Origin: an uncultured Bacteroidales bacterium
GTDB lineage: Bacteria > Bacteroidota > Bacteroidia > Bacteroidales > CAYRRV01
DNA: 64,000 nt
Assembly: GCA_964426725.1 (NCBI GenBank)
Contig: CAYRRV010000009.1
Coordinates: 15,255 to 79,254 of the forward strand
Direction: 5' to 3'
The notes below the pieces were generated by a model that was not told the origin of the DNA, made no database searches, and saw only the letters and a program-made list of their open reading frames with translations. Below, piece after piece: positions 19,930 through 30,282 of the stretch. Position 1 is the first letter of the stretch; each line of letters starts with the position of its first letter. A program made the position numbers and the translations under genes.

Positions 19930-20823
19930 CTATTGATAAGTAAAGGGGTAGTGTGGTGAATAGGTTATATTACCGTATGCATCTGCTATTTTGAGAACAA
20001 GATAATAATCTCCACGTGTCCAGTTGATTTCATTCCCCTCCATGTATCCTCCCATGTTATCTGCAGGGGCGCCGGCAATGATGAAGGCGTCAAAATCAAA
20101 TTGCACGGGTATGTTTTCATAGATTTCATTGGGACTTTCCGTGGCTTCCGGGTAATACTGGCTCATGAATGAGTTATCGTAAAACAAAACCGCCGAAACA
20201 TTTTCTGTATTAAGAGATGTATCGGGAATGAACAAGTACTCGGACACGATAGCGATAAGTATCTCCCCTAACCTGTAGTTGTCAGTAAAACAGCCTGTTA
20301 CCCGGATGGTGTCTCCTTGTGAGAATGATGTATTATTTGAAGGTCTGGATTTAATTGAAAGCACGGGCGGTACCGTGTCTGACGGAGCATGAATGGAGAA
20401 ATCCGTAGAATAATCTGTTTGATTCTGATGTAAATCAAAGACAGAGATAGTAAACGTGTACAAGCCATCTTCTGCATTGAGAGGAACGAATATTCCCGGG
20501 TTTTTGATCTTGACCCTTTTTTGGCCGTGAACACTATCAATAATTTTTTTAAAGGACCATGCAATTTTCTCTCCTGATAAGTTTTTTAAACTATTTCCTG
20601 AAGTTTTATCAATATTGATAGTTACATAATCTAAGCCGTCATTGTCAGATAACTCGCATTCAAACAAAATTTCCTGTCCTGTATGAAATACCGGGTCAGG
20701 GCCCGTTCCCAGCTCCAGCGTGTCAAGCACCGGTGATAGAAAATCCGGCTCTTCCTTTTCACACGAGGCGAAGAGTAGTAAGCTACATGAGATTAGCCAT
20801 GATATGAGTCTCAAATAAGGCAA
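19930..20823 (-). CDS. Lipoprotein with two Ig-like domains (DUF4625-like)
   Basis: Lipobox LFASC, LSDNDGL, D...P.L repeats, D..GN strands. Confidence 0.6.
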   Translation of the reverse strand: MPYLRLISWLISCSLLLFASCEKEEPDFLSPVLDTLELGTGPDPVFHTGQEILFECELSDNDGLDYVTINIDKTSGNSLKNLSGEKIAWSFKKIIDSVHGQKRVKIKNPGIFVPLNAEDGLYTFTISVFDLHQNQTDYSTDFSIHAPSDTVPPVLSIKSRPSNNTSFSQGDTIRVTGCFTDNYRLGEILIAIVSEYLFIPDTSLNTENVSAVLFYDNSFMSQYYPEATESPNEIYENIPVQFDFDAFIIAGAPADNMGGYMEGNEINWTRGDYYLVLKIADAYGNITYSPHYPFTYQ

Positions 20824-21373
20824 AAGTAAGGGTTTAGTTACTCGTGGTTTTTGAAATAAAGTTAATCAGAACACCACGTTATTTTAACAAGTTTAAAATT
20901 AAACAATTGCATGATTAATGTCAAGTAATAATTTAAAAAAATAACTATTTTTTAATATTTCATTAAAATGAATAAGTGTATAATAATACGTAATAGAGTG
21001 CAAAAAGTTTATTATCTCTCCATAATGTCCGTTTTAATTTTGAAATTGATAATTTTTCTATAAGGTATTCTTGAGATAGCTTCCCTAAATAATTAGTTAT
21101 TCTCGGCGCAAAGTACTCATACCGGCTAATTTCATAGGGATCCCGCTATTGCCGCTTTAGAAATCCTCGAAAATGAATATTCAGAACCGGATACCCGAGT
21201 TTATGCACAGGCAATTATTTAGAATCATTAAAAATTTTGGTTTCTCAATTAAAAATATGAGAATATTCTGTTTAAATTGAACGAATTCACTTAAAAATTT
21301 GGAAATATATTGCAATATTTGCAGGCTAATCCGGAAATGTATTTTTAATTAATTATATTCAAAACCTGATAAA

Positions 21374-22609
21374 ATGAAAGATGCAATTGCGATTTTGTGC
21401 GCGGGGGGTCCGGCACCAGGAATTAACACGGTAATCAGCTCTGTTACCAAAGTATTTTTGAATTACGGTTATTCTGTAATTGGAATAAACGGGGGATACA
21501 AGAGTCTTTTTGATCATGAACCCGATTATGAATTCCTTGATTTTGATTATGCTGATAAGATATACAGCAGGGGCGGGTCGGCCCTGAAAATGAGTCGTCA
21601 TAAGCCCAGGGATGATGAGTTTAAATCAGAATTTTTTGAGAAAAACAATATCAAATTACTGGTTACTATCGGGGGTGATGATACGGCTTCTACTGCCAAC
21701 AGGTTAACCAAGTACCTTGCAAAAAAGAAGTTAAAGATAGCTAACATTCATGTTCCGAAAACCATTGACAATGATTTGCCCCTTGAAGAGGGAACACCCA
21801 CTTTTGGTTATCACTCGGCAAAGGAAGAGGGTGTGAGGATCGCTACGACGATTTATGAAGATGCCCGTACGAGTGGAAACTGGTTTGTTGTATCTGCCAT
21901 GGGGCGCGAAGCCGGTCACTTGGCTTTTGGAATAGGAACTGCATGCCATTACCCGATGATCATAATTCCTGAAATGTTCAATAAGACCAAGATCACCTTT
22001 GAAAAGATTATTAATCTTATTATTTCTTCCATGGTAAAAAGAAGAATCATGGGGATAGATTATGGTGTTGCCATCGTGAGCGAGGGGGTATTCCATTTCA
22101 TGAGTGATGAAGACATTATCAACACGGGTATTAATTTCACTTACGACGATCACGGTCATCCCGAGTTGGGAAATGTGAGTAAATCGCATATTTTTAACAT
22201 GCTTACGCAGCAGAAATTAAAAACACTGAGGATAAAGGTAAAGAGCCGTCCGAATGAACTGGGCTACGAGTTGCGTTGTTGCCGGCCAATAGCTTATGAC
22301 CTGTCTTACGCAACGCATCTGGGAACCGGTGTGTACAAGTTGTTTAAATCGGGAGCCACGGGTTGCGTGATCACCATTTCGCGTAAGGGAGAAGTCTCCC
22401 CGCTATACCTTAAAGATATTGAAGACGAACAAGGTAAAATTAAACCCCGTTTAGTGAATATTGAGTCAGAAAAGGTGAAGATTGTTTATGCAAACAACCT
22501 GCATTATATTTCAAAGGCTGATTACAGGGCCGCCGGTAAATACGTTAAAAATCCGGAAGAATATGACTTCCTCAAGATTCTCGAATGGGATGATTTTCTT
22601 AAAGTATAA
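21374..22609 (+). CDS. pfkA: 6-phosphofructokinase, PPi-type motifs
   Basis: GGPAPGIN, IGGDDT, VPKTIDND, MGREAGHLA, LGYELR. Confidence 0.9.
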   Translation: MKDAIAILCAGGPAPGINTVISSVTKVFLNYGYSVIGINGGYKSLFDHEPDYEFLDFDYADKIYSRGGSALKMSRHKPRDDEFKSEFFEKNNIKLLVTIGGDDTASTANRLTKYLAKKKLKIANIHVPKTIDNDLPLEEGTPTFGYHSAKEEGVRIATTIYEDARTSGNWFVVSAMGREAGHLAFGIGTACHYPMIIIPEMFNKTKITFEKIINLIISSMVKRRIMGIDYGVAIVSEGVFHFMSDEDIINTGINFTYDDHGHPELGNVSKSHIFNMLTQQKLKTLRIKVKSRPNELGYELRCCRPIAYDLSYATHLGTGVYKLFKSGATGCVITISRKGEVSPLYLKDIEDEQGKIKPRLVNIESEKVKIVYANNLHYISKADYRAAGKYVKNPEEYDFLKILEWDDFLKV

Positions 22610-22612
22610 TTC

Positions 22613-22643
22613 AAAGGGAGGTTGATAAACCTCCCTTTTTTTT
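22613..22643 (+). terminator. Rho-independent terminator between the two pfk genes
   Basis: GGGAGGTT-gata-AACCTCCC followed by T8. Confidence 0.85.
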
Positions 22644-22645
22644 AC

Positions 22646-22661
22646 TGGCATTGCATTTGAA
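22646..22661 (+). promoter_or_regulatory. Sigma-54-like -24/-12 box upstream of the second pfk
   Basis: TGGCATTGCATTTGAA: GG and TTG at canonical spacing. Confidence 0.45.
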
Positions 22662-22720
22662 GAAGATTTGACCTAATTTTATAGAAAAAATTTGGTTACT
22701 AACTCTAAAACTAAAATAAC

Positions 22721-23932
22721 ATGAACGCGACCAGGAGAAAAAAGGGTACGATCGCGATTCTCACGGGAGGAGGCGATGTTCCGGGATTAAATCCCGCGAT
22801 ACGTGCTATAACGATAAGGGCATTAAGGGAAGGCTACCAGGTATTGGGTTTACGACGGGGATGGGCAGGCATTACCGAGCTAATCAGAGACAAGAATGTT
22901 GATAACAGTGATAAATATCTTGTTCTTACCGAAGAAATAGTCAATAAAGCAGGACGCACCGGCGGGACATTTTTACACACGAGCAGAACACGACCCAGTC
23001 ATGTTCAAAAAGAACAAGTGCCGGAACACCTGAAAGAAACCTACAACGAAGAAGTCAATGATTTAACCCCCGAGGTTTTAAAAAACCTTGAATACCTGGG
23101 TATCGATTACCTGATACCTATCGGGGGTGATGATACATTAAGTTACGGGGTGAGAATGTACCAGGAAGGTTTCAAGGTGATTGCCATTCCAAAAACAATG
23201 GATAATGATGTGCCTGGTACTGATTATTGTATTGGTTTTAGCACTTGTGTTACACGAACCATATCAATGACCAATGTTTTACGAACCTCGGCCGGCTCTC
23301 ACGAACGGATTCTCGTGATGGAAGTTTTTGGACGTTATGCTGGGTATACAGCCATGTTACCTACCATGGCAGGTGCTGCCAACCGGTGCGTGATTCCCGA
23401 GTATAAATTTGATATTGAGCGACTTACTAAGCTTCTCGTTGAAGACAGAAAACGCAATCCGAGTAAATATTCAGTAGTGCTGGTATCAGAAGGGGCTACT
23501 TTCGAGGGGATGGGTGAAATGATCTTTTCTTCCAAGGAAAAAGACGCTTATGGTCACATGAAGCTCGGCGGTATAGGAGATGCCGTGTCTGTAAAAATAA
23601 AAGAATTGTCTTCCAGGTATAACAATGGAAAACCGCTTAACGTGATCAACCAGCAGTTAGGTTATCTTGTCAGAGGTGGTGATCCGGATGCTATTGATTC
23701 TATCGTACCCATGGCCTACGGGAACCTCGCGCTTGATCTCATCCTGAAAGGAATTCACGGGAGACTCGTGGTTTTGCGTAACGGAAGATATGATAATGCT
23801 CCACTGGACGTGGTAACAAGCATGAAAAAGCTGGTGGACGTGAAAAAACATTACAATACTGATAGACTAAGACCTCATTACAAGAGTTTCGAGTTTCAAC
23901 CCTTGTTTATCATGACCGGGGGCTATACCTGA
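22721..23932 (+). CDS. pfkA: 6-phosphofructokinase, group III (mixed-substrate clade)
   Basis: TGGGDVPGLN, TGGTFLHTSR, IGGDDT, PKTMDND, EVFGRYAG. Confidence 0.9.
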   Translation: MNATRRKKGTIAILTGGGDVPGLNPAIRAITIRALREGYQVLGLRRGWAGITELIRDKNVDNSDKYLVLTEEIVNKAGRTGGTFLHTSRTRPSHVQKEQVPEHLKETYNEEVNDLTPEVLKNLEYLGIDYLIPIGGDDTLSYGVRMYQEGFKVIAIPKTMDNDVPGTDYCIGFSTCVTRTISMTNVLRTSAGSHERILVMEVFGRYAGYTAMLPTMAGAANRCVIPEYKFDIERLTKLLVEDRKRNPSKYSVVLVSEGATFEGMGEMIFSSKEKDAYGHMKLGGIGDAVSVKIKELSSRYNNGKPLNVINQQLGYLVRGGDPDAIDSIVPMAYGNLALDLILKGIHGRLVVLRNGRYDNAPLDVVTSMKKLVDVKKHYNTDRLRPHYKSFEFQPLFIMTGGYT

Positions 23933-23949
23933 GAAATTTTAAGGGATAC

Positions 23950-23987
23950 AAAAAAGCCCGCCACGTTAAGTAGCGGGCTTTTTTTTT
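23950..23987. terminator. Bidirectional Rho-independent terminator
   Basis: A6-GCCCGC...GCGGGC-T9 between convergent pfk and SPOR genes. Confidence 0.88.
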
Positions 23988-23998
23988 ACTTGAATATT

Positions 23999-24469
23999 TT
24001 AATTAACATGAATCCAGGCATTCACGGACACATTGTCTCTCAATAGCTCGAGTTGAGCTTTCGCGTTTTTCAGGTTCATGGCTGATCCGGCTGAAACCAG
24101 TTGGAATTCATTCCGGTAATCTATGATTTGGGTTGAATATCCCAATGATGCAATCTTATCAGCGTATTGCCTTGCGTAAGAAGGTGTTTTAAATGCACCT
24201 ACAATAACATGGTATTTTCCGGTTACTTCATTTTCACATTCTTTGGATAAAGAATCTATTTTTTCCTGGTAAACATGTTTCATTTCTTCAATCTCTCTCG
24301 CGTACTGGTTTTGCAGTACCCTGTTCGCGCTATCCAACTTTTCGGCCAACAAGGTATCTATATCATTCGAGAAAAGACGTTGTTCCCTTTTTAAATCACA
24401 TCTTGTAAGAAACAGGATTGATAAAACCAAAATGAAAGATATCAAGGGTATTTTCTTGTACTTATTCAT
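23999..24469 (-). CDS. SPOR-domain protein, probable lipoprotein
   Basis: N-terminal signal with LTRC; C-terminal YHVIVGAF...NAWIH SPOR pattern. Confidence 0.8.
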   Translation of the reverse strand: MNKYKKIPLISFILVLSILFLTRCDLKREQRLFSNDIDTLLAEKLDSANRVLQNQYAREIEEMKHVYQEKIDSLSKECENEVTGKYHVIVGAFKTPSYARQYADKIASLGYSTQIIDYRNEFQLVSAGSAMNLKNAKAQLELLRDNVSVNAWIHVN

Positions 24470-24500
24470 ATTTAATTTGTTAATTTGTTAAATTTCAGTT

Positions 24501-24508
24501 CAAAGATA
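24501..24508 (-). promoter_or_regulatory. Bacteroidota -7 element (TATCTTTG) for the SPOR gene
   Basis: Exact TAnnTTTG match 32 nt upstream of the start. Confidence 0.55.
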
Positions 24509-24582
24509 ATAATTATTCTTAAAGATAAGATTGGTAAGAAATTAACAAATATTAAAATTTAACAACAGACATGCAGGATATT

Positions 24583-26088
24583 TTACAAGTTATAATCTTT
24601 TAACTCTTCTTCCTGTCTTTCTTTTCCTTCCTTATCCCACCTGGGAACAATAGTTTTCATGAATTTTTCTTTTTCGTCTCGCAGTTTTTCCATGTTAAGG
24701 TTGACGAATTCTTGCGCTTTTTCTTTGGTTGAAATATCGGGATAAGGTATTTCTTTATCGAAACCTTTCGACGTTAGAAGCCTGGCAAGCTGTATTCTGG
24801 CATTTTGCGCTTTTTGAATTCCGGTCGCTATTATCCTTGAAACCTCAATCGTTGAATGGAAGGATGAGCCATGGCCCGCCGCGGCATAATCCCATCGCCA
24901 TTGTGCATGTCTGATCGATTGCAAAACAGGTTCCATTTCTTCTTCTGTTGCCCCAAGTTCCCATGCTTTGCCGGCTTCAACGTGGGCACGTACCAGAATT
25001 TTTTCAAGTTCTGTTCTTATCTGGAGAGCTTTATCCTGTTTGTCGATAGCATTTTGCCACAGTTCTTCTTCACTTTCCCTGTGACAAACCTGACAACTCG
25101 AATTAATATTGTTCAGGGGACTCTGGATATGATGATCGGTAAATTTCTGACCCCCTTCACTGATATACGGCATGTGGCAATCGGCACAACTCACACCTCT
25201 TTGATAGTGGATTCCTGTTTTAAAAATTTCATAATCCGGGTGCTGGGCTTTGAGCATGGGTGTTTTGCTAATGGCATGTGTCCAGTCTGTAAACTGAAGC
25301 GCGTCATAATAATTTTCCATTTCCTCAACATTAGTTCCCGAGTCCCAGGGGAAAGTAAGGTAATCTCCTTCTTTTTTGAAGTAATACTCTACATGGCATT
25401 GCGCGCAAACCAGGGAACGCATTTCCTGGTGGCTTGCCTTGTTTACCTCTATTCCCTGGCGCTGAAAGGCTTCAATTAAAGCCGGACGAGTAATTTGCAG
25501 GTTCATGGTCTCGTGATCATGACAATCTGCGCATCCTATTGGGTTGATGATTTCACTTCCCCGGTAAGCCCATTTTTTGTTGTAGAAGTCCTTGGGGCCG
25601 GTTTTTGCCATTACCCTGGGAACATCAGGGCTTTTACATGCCCAACAGGTAGCGGGCATGGGACCTTCATCAGGTTCCATTGGAGCACCTGTTCTTAAGT
25701 TTTCCCTCATATCTTTGATGGAATAATAATGCCCCCGCGATTGCGTATAGTCTTTTGAAAAACTATAACCCGCCCACAAGACAACCATTTCCGGGTGTCT
25801 TTCCAACATGTCAATCATTCCGCTACCGGCATGTTTCGAGTAGAACGATGTATCGGAAGTATTCATGAAAGACTCGTACTGCCTGGGATAATTTTCCCCC
25901 CAGGTATTACTGCGAGGTTCAAACTCCGCGATATCGATCCCCGGTTGGTAGGCGAAAACTGCTTCTGCTCTTCTTTCAACAATTGATGAGGCAAAAAGTC
26001 CAAGAAGAAAAACAACAACTGCTGTTGAAATAAAAATTACCCATCCCAGCCAGGGTTTCTTTTTAATTTGTTCATTGAGTGGTTTCAT
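24583..26088 (-). CDS. nrfA: Ammonia-forming cytochrome c nitrite reductase catalytic subunit
   Basis: Five heme motifs CWACK (Lys-ligated active site), CADCH, CAQCH, CADCH, CQVCH; KAQHPDYE. Confidence 0.96.
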   Translation of the reverse strand: MKPLNEQIKKKPWLGWVIFISTAVVVFLLGLFASSIVERRAEAVFAYQPGIDIAEFEPRSNTWGENYPRQYESFMNTSDTSFYSKHAGSGMIDMLERHPEMVVLWAGYSFSKDYTQSRGHYYSIKDMRENLRTGAPMEPDEGPMPATCWACKSPDVPRVMAKTGPKDFYNKKWAYRGSEIINPIGCADCHDHETMNLQITRPALIEAFQRQGIEVNKASHQEMRSLVCAQCHVEYYFKKEGDYLTFPWDSGTNVEEMENYYDALQFTDWTHAISKTPMLKAQHPDYEIFKTGIHYQRGVSCADCHMPYISEGGQKFTDHHIQSPLNNINSSCQVCHRESEEELWQNAIDKQDKALQIRTELEKILVRAHVEAGKAWELGATEEEMEPVLQSIRHAQWRWDYAAAGHGSSFHSTIEVSRIIATGIQKAQNARIQLARLLTSKGFDKEIPYPDISTKEKAQEFVNLNMEKLRDEKEKFMKTIVPRWDKEGKERQEEELKDYNL

Positions 26089-26692
26089 TTTCGTCAGTAT
26101 TTGTTAGTTTTTTAATCCATTCAGGCACGGGACTCACTGGTAAAGGTACTCTTGCACCGGGAACGCTTGATAGACTGTTTACCCGGCCATGAGGCACTTC
26201 ACTGTGACAGTCCCAACATAATTTATCAGTTATTGACTGGTAAAAATGATCGGTTGGCATTTTATGGGAAAGACCTTTCAACAGGGGGTCATGACAGCGA
26301 ACACAATTATTCTGAACCACGTTCCTGCCTGCTTCTTTAATAAAAATTACCTGGGGTTCTGCCCTCAGGGTGAAAATTGTCGCGTGACGCAGCCCATCTT
26401 TAGCTTTAAAATAATATTTATTAGCGAAATTATTCTGAGGTACGTGGCAATCGTTGCACACGGCCACTTCACGGTGTGAGCTGTGGTGCCACGTGGCATA
26501 TTGCGGGGCCATGATATGACAATTCACGCAGGTTTCAGGCTTATCTGATATATACGAGGGAGCATTGGATATTTTTAACAAAAAAGCTATCAGTCCAGTG
26601 AAAATACTAAGTATGATAATTACCGGAAATCTCCACCTGCCAGGTGGGAAGAAGAACCGGAAGAACCTTTTTAACGGGGAAATGACTTTCAC
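26072..26692 (-). CDS. nrfH: Cytochrome c nitrite reductase small subunit (tetraheme quinol dehydrogenase)
   Basis: One TM helix; CVNCHIM, CNDCH, CVRCH, CWDCH; overlaps the nrfA start. Confidence 0.95.
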   Translation of the reverse strand: MKVISPLKRFFRFFFPPGRWRFPVIIILSIFTGLIAFLLKISNAPSYISDKPETCVNCHIMAPQYATWHHSSHREVAVCNDCHVPQNNFANKYYFKAKDGLRHATIFTLRAEPQVIFIKEAGRNVVQNNCVRCHDPLLKGLSHKMPTDHFYQSITDKLCWDCHSEVPHGRVNSLSSVPGARVPLPVSPVPEWIKKLTNTDENETTQ

Positions 26693-26745
26693 GATTCAGC
26701 TTGTTTAGTTAAAATTCATTATTTTAAATACCGGTCCATTTCGTT

Positions 26746-27078
26746 TCAACTGGTTTTTTTTCGGATCATGGTCAGTAACATCTTAAATGGCCCTTTTGCT
26801 TTCACGGCATGAGGAATATCTGCTGGCATGATAATGATGTCTCCTTCTTCCAGTTCAAATTCCCGACCGGCTATCGTGATAAGACTTTTGCCATCAATCA
26901 CCTGAACCATGGCGTCAAATGGAGCAGTATGTTCACTCAACTCGGTTCCCTTGTCGAAGGCAAACAAGGTAATTGTACCGCATTTTTCTTCCAGCATGGT
27001 TTTACTCACGACCGATCCCGGGGCATAATCAATATATGTTTTCAGGAATACTTTTTTACCTTTTTCGGTTACTGACAT
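26746..27078 (-). CDS. Cupin-domain protein
   Basis: LFAFDKG..LSEHTAPFDA, MPADIPHAV, FKMLLTMI. Confidence 0.88.
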   Translation of the reverse strand: MSVTEKGKKVFLKTYIDYAPGSVVSKTMLEEKCGTITLFAFDKGTELSEHTAPFDAMVQVIDGKSLITIAGREFELEEGDIIIMPADIPHAVKAKGPFKMLLTMIRKKTS

Positions 27079-27107
27079 ATTTTTCTTTTTAATTTTACTG
27101 CAATATA

Positions 27108-27123
27108 GTGAAATATCATGCCA
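27108..27123 (-). promoter_or_regulatory. Sigma-54-like box upstream of cupin-nrfH-nrfA
   Basis: TGGCATGATATTTCAC on the minus strand; good -24, degenerate -12. Confidence 0.35.
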
Positions 27124-27175
27124 ATTTTATTCGAGGAAATCAATGATATAGAAATTTCTAAATAGACTAAATAAC

Positions 27176-28357
27176 ATGAGTGACTATAATTTCGATGCCG
27201 TCATTGAAAGAAAGAATACGGATTGTGTTAAGCACGATTTATTGAATCCCTTGTTTGGACGGGATGATTTGATTCCCATGTGGGTCGCGGATATGGATTT
27301 TAGCGTGCCTTCATTTGTAGCGATTGCAATACAGAAAAGGGCCGCCCATCCTGTTTACGGGTATTCTTTCAGGAGTGACAGCTACTACGAGGCCATCATA
27401 AACTGGTATCGTGAACGGCAGAACTGGTATCTTGAAAAGGATTGGATCGTTTTCAGTCCGGGCGTTGTCCCAGCTCTCAACATGCTGGTAATGGCATGTA
27501 CGCGGCCAGGTGACAAAATAATTGTTCAGCCCCCGGTTTATTTTCCTTTTTTCGCGGCTGTTGAAAACCATGACCGTAAGTTGGTTTACAATGAGCTTAA
27601 GAGAGAAGGAAACAGGTATTATATTGATTTTGAAGATCTGGAGAAGAAAGCCAGCGAAGGTGCCAGGATGTTATTTTTATGCAGTCCGCACAACCCGGTT
27701 TCGAGAGTCTGGAGCCGTGAAGAATTGATTCAACTCTCCGCTATATGCGTTAAACATGATATACTTATCGTGTCGGATGAGATACATTCCGATTTGATTT
27801 TCCCGGGTCATGTTCACGTTCCTTTAGCAAGCATCAATGAAACTATAGCTTCAAGAACTATTACCTGCGTGGCACCCAGCAAAACTTTTAATTTAGCCGG
27901 GCTTTCTTCTTCCAGTATTATTATTCCAGAAAAGAAGATCAGAAAGAAATTTGAAAGTATTGTGGATAAGGTTCATGTTGGCAGCGGGAATATATTTGGG
28001 AACGTGGCTTCCGAAGCAGCCTATCGTAAGGGTTCGGAATGGCTCAATGCTTTAATGAATTACCTGGATGGAAATTTTCAGTTGATGAAAGATTATATTG
28101 ATGAAAATTTGCCTTTGGTTGAGATGATAATACCAGAAGCCACGTATCTTGTGTGGCTGGATTTTAAAGAAACAGGATTTGATAGTCGTCAGTTGAGGCG
28201 GTTTATCCGGGAAGAAGCCAGGCTTGCCCTTAATGACGGACCAATGTTCGGACCTGGAGGTGATGGGTACCAGCGAATCAATATTGCCTGCCCCAGGTCA
28301 AAATTAATATTGGCCATGGAGCAACTCAAAAGGGCTTTTGACCGTATAAAATCCTAA
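27176..28357 (+). CDS. patB: MalY/PatB family PLP-dependent C-S lyase (cystathionine beta-lyase)
   Basis: PMWVADMDF, LCSPHNP, SDEIHSD, APSKTFNLAGL, RINIACP. Confidence 0.9.
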   Translation: MSDYNFDAVIERKNTDCVKHDLLNPLFGRDDLIPMWVADMDFSVPSFVAIAIQKRAAHPVYGYSFRSDSYYEAIINWYRERQNWYLEKDWIVFSPGVVPALNMLVMACTRPGDKIIVQPPVYFPFFAAVENHDRKLVYNELKREGNRYYIDFEDLEKKASEGARMLFLCSPHNPVSRVWSREELIQLSAICVKHDILIVSDEIHSDLIFPGHVHVPLASINETIASRTITCVAPSKTFNLAGLSSSSIIIPEKKIRKKFESIVDKVHVGSGNIFGNVASEAAYRKGSEWLNALMNYLDGNFQLMKDYIDENLPLVEMIIPEATYLVWLDFKETGFDSRQLRRFIREEARLALNDGPMFGPGGDGYQRINIACPRSKLILAMEQLKRAFDRIKS

Positions 28358-28539
28358 TATTTTCGCGTGATGTTTTAAATAATATTGCTTTTTTCAGGTT
28401 TTTATTATTTTTATATTCTGATTTTAGGATTAAATTTACGAGATAAAAAAAGCAAGCATTGATGCCGGGGAACCAGCACGTGTCAAATGCAAGTAAAAGG
28501 AAGGATGCTTCTTTTATTGAAAATGAAAATAAACAACTT

Positions 28540-30198
28540 ATGAAGAAAGTTAGACTTTCTATTGCGGCCAGGATTGGCCTGGGGTTTGGAATCATTATCC
28601 TTGCCGTGAGTATTAACGGGTATTTAACGAATAAAACCCTTAGTAACAGTGAAGAGAAAAATCAGCTAATAACTTCGGTTTACACGCCGTCAGTTTCATT
28701 GCTTAACAGCATGTACGAGCAGGTGAACAATTCACTAATGTTAATAAGGAGTTGGGTATTTATTGACAAGTTGCCCGACACGGAAGACAAGACAATTCTC
28801 AGGGAACTACATGCTGAAACAGTACCTGTTCTTGATGAAGAAATCAGGGAGATTTACTCTGCCTGGGATACTACTGATCAAAAAACCTATGATCGGATTT
28901 ACGCGGCCATCGCGGATACACTTTTCCCGATGCACAAGTATATAATGGAACAACTTTCGAGCTTTGAAAGCTATGATAATCCCATGGTTGTTTTCGAGAT
29001 TATTCCAATGGTCGAAGAGGGGGGTGAAATCATTCTCCTTACCCAGAAAATTTTGAAAGACCTTGAAGCAATTACCAACAAGCATGAGCAGGTTGTGAAC
29101 GAAGCGCGGGTGGAAATGGACCAGTCTTTCGCCAATTTCAGGCAATTCATTTTTCTTATGACCCTCGCGTTGTTTATTTCTTCGATTATTATTGCCCTTG
29201 TTGTTACGCGTTCACTCGCCAGACCCATTAATTCAATCAAACGAATATTACTCAACATGGCCAAGGGTATTTTACCAAAAGATAAAATGCCGGAAGGAAA
29301 AGATGAAATTGGTCAGATGTCGCTGGCGCTTAATAATCTTGTAAAAGGACTGAATGATATCAGTAATTTTGCCTCGGAGATAGGGAAGGGCAATTTTAAC
29401 AGCGAGTTTACACCTCTCAGCGATCAGGATATTCTCGGGAATTCTCTGATTAACATGCGTGAAGAACTCAGAAATGCAGCCCTTGAAGAAGAAAAAAGGA
29501 AAAAAGAAGATGAACAGAGAAACTGGGCGACACAGGGATTGGCCAGGTTTGGTGAAATACTTCGGCAAAATAATGATAACCTCGAGGAGTTATCCTATAA
29601 TATCATCAGTAATCTCGTGAAGTACATGGATGCTAATCAAGGTGGATTGTTTATTGTAAACAACAATGATGAGAATAACGTGTTTATCGAGTTAAATGCC
29701 TGTTATGCCTTTAACAGGAAGAAATTCCTCGAGAAGAGAATAGAGATTGGAGAAGGTCTCGTGGGAAGGTGCGTGCAGGAGGGCGAGACGATTTACATGA
29801 CTGATATCCCCAATGATTATATCAGGATTACTTCCGGTTTGGGTGATGAAAACCCGAGAAGTTTGTTGATTGTTCCTTTGAAGTTGAACGAGGAAATATA
29901 CGGGGTGATTGAAGTGGCTTCCTTCAAGGATTTCGAATCTTATCAGGTCGAGTTTGTTGAAAAGATTGGTGAATCCATTGCATCAACAATATCTTCCGTG
30001 AAGATCAATATTCAGACTTCATTGCTTCTGGAACAGACCCAGCAACAGGCTGAAGAAATGTCATCCCAGGAGGAGGAAATGCGGCAGAACATGGAAGAAT
30101 TGAGAGCTACACAGGAGCAAACAGCCCGCAGGGAAGCGGATTTGCAGCGTGAACTGGATGAATGCCGGAAGAAAGTGCAACGTTACGAGGAAGATTAG
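28540..30198 (+). CDS. Membrane sensor: TM-four-helix-bundle-like domain-TM-HAMP-GAF-coiled coil, no output domain; paralog of 1255..3960
   Basis: Start moved to ATG 28540 (MKKVRLSI); GKDEIGQM HAMP, GEGLVG GAF, QEEEMRQNMEELRATQEQ coil. Confidence 0.85.
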   Translation: MKKVRLSIAARIGLGFGIIILAVSINGYLTNKTLSNSEEKNQLITSVYTPSVSLLNSMYEQVNNSLMLIRSWVFIDKLPDTEDKTILRELHAETVPVLDEEIREIYSAWDTTDQKTYDRIYAAIADTLFPMHKYIMEQLSSFESYDNPMVVFEIIPMVEEGGEIILLTQKILKDLEAITNKHEQVVNEARVEMDQSFANFRQFIFLMTLALFISSIIIALVVTRSLARPINSIKRILLNMAKGILPKDKMPEGKDEIGQMSLALNNLVKGLNDISNFASEIGKGNFNSEFTPLSDQDILGNSLINMREELRNAALEEEKRKKEDEQRNWATQGLARFGEILRQNNDNLEELSYNIISNLVKYMDANQGGLFIVNNNDENNVFIELNACYAFNRKKFLEKRIEIGEGLVGRCVQEGETIYMTDIPNDYIRITSGLGDENPRSLLIVPLKLNEEIYGVIEVASFKDFESYQVEFVEKIGESIASTISSVKINIQTSLLLEQTQQQAEEMSSQEEEMRQNMEELRATQEQTARREADLQRELDECRKKVQRYEED

Positions 30199-30282
30199 TG
30201 AAACTTCACTATTAGCCTTATCAATTTATATACTTTTACGAGTAAACAGAATAATTTAGTAACTGAATCGGGTGTGCTTTTA

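Noticed and set aside
21300-21315. TGGAAATATATTGCAA as a sigma-54 promoter for the first pfk
   Set aside because: GG-to-GC spacing is one base short of the strict requirement.
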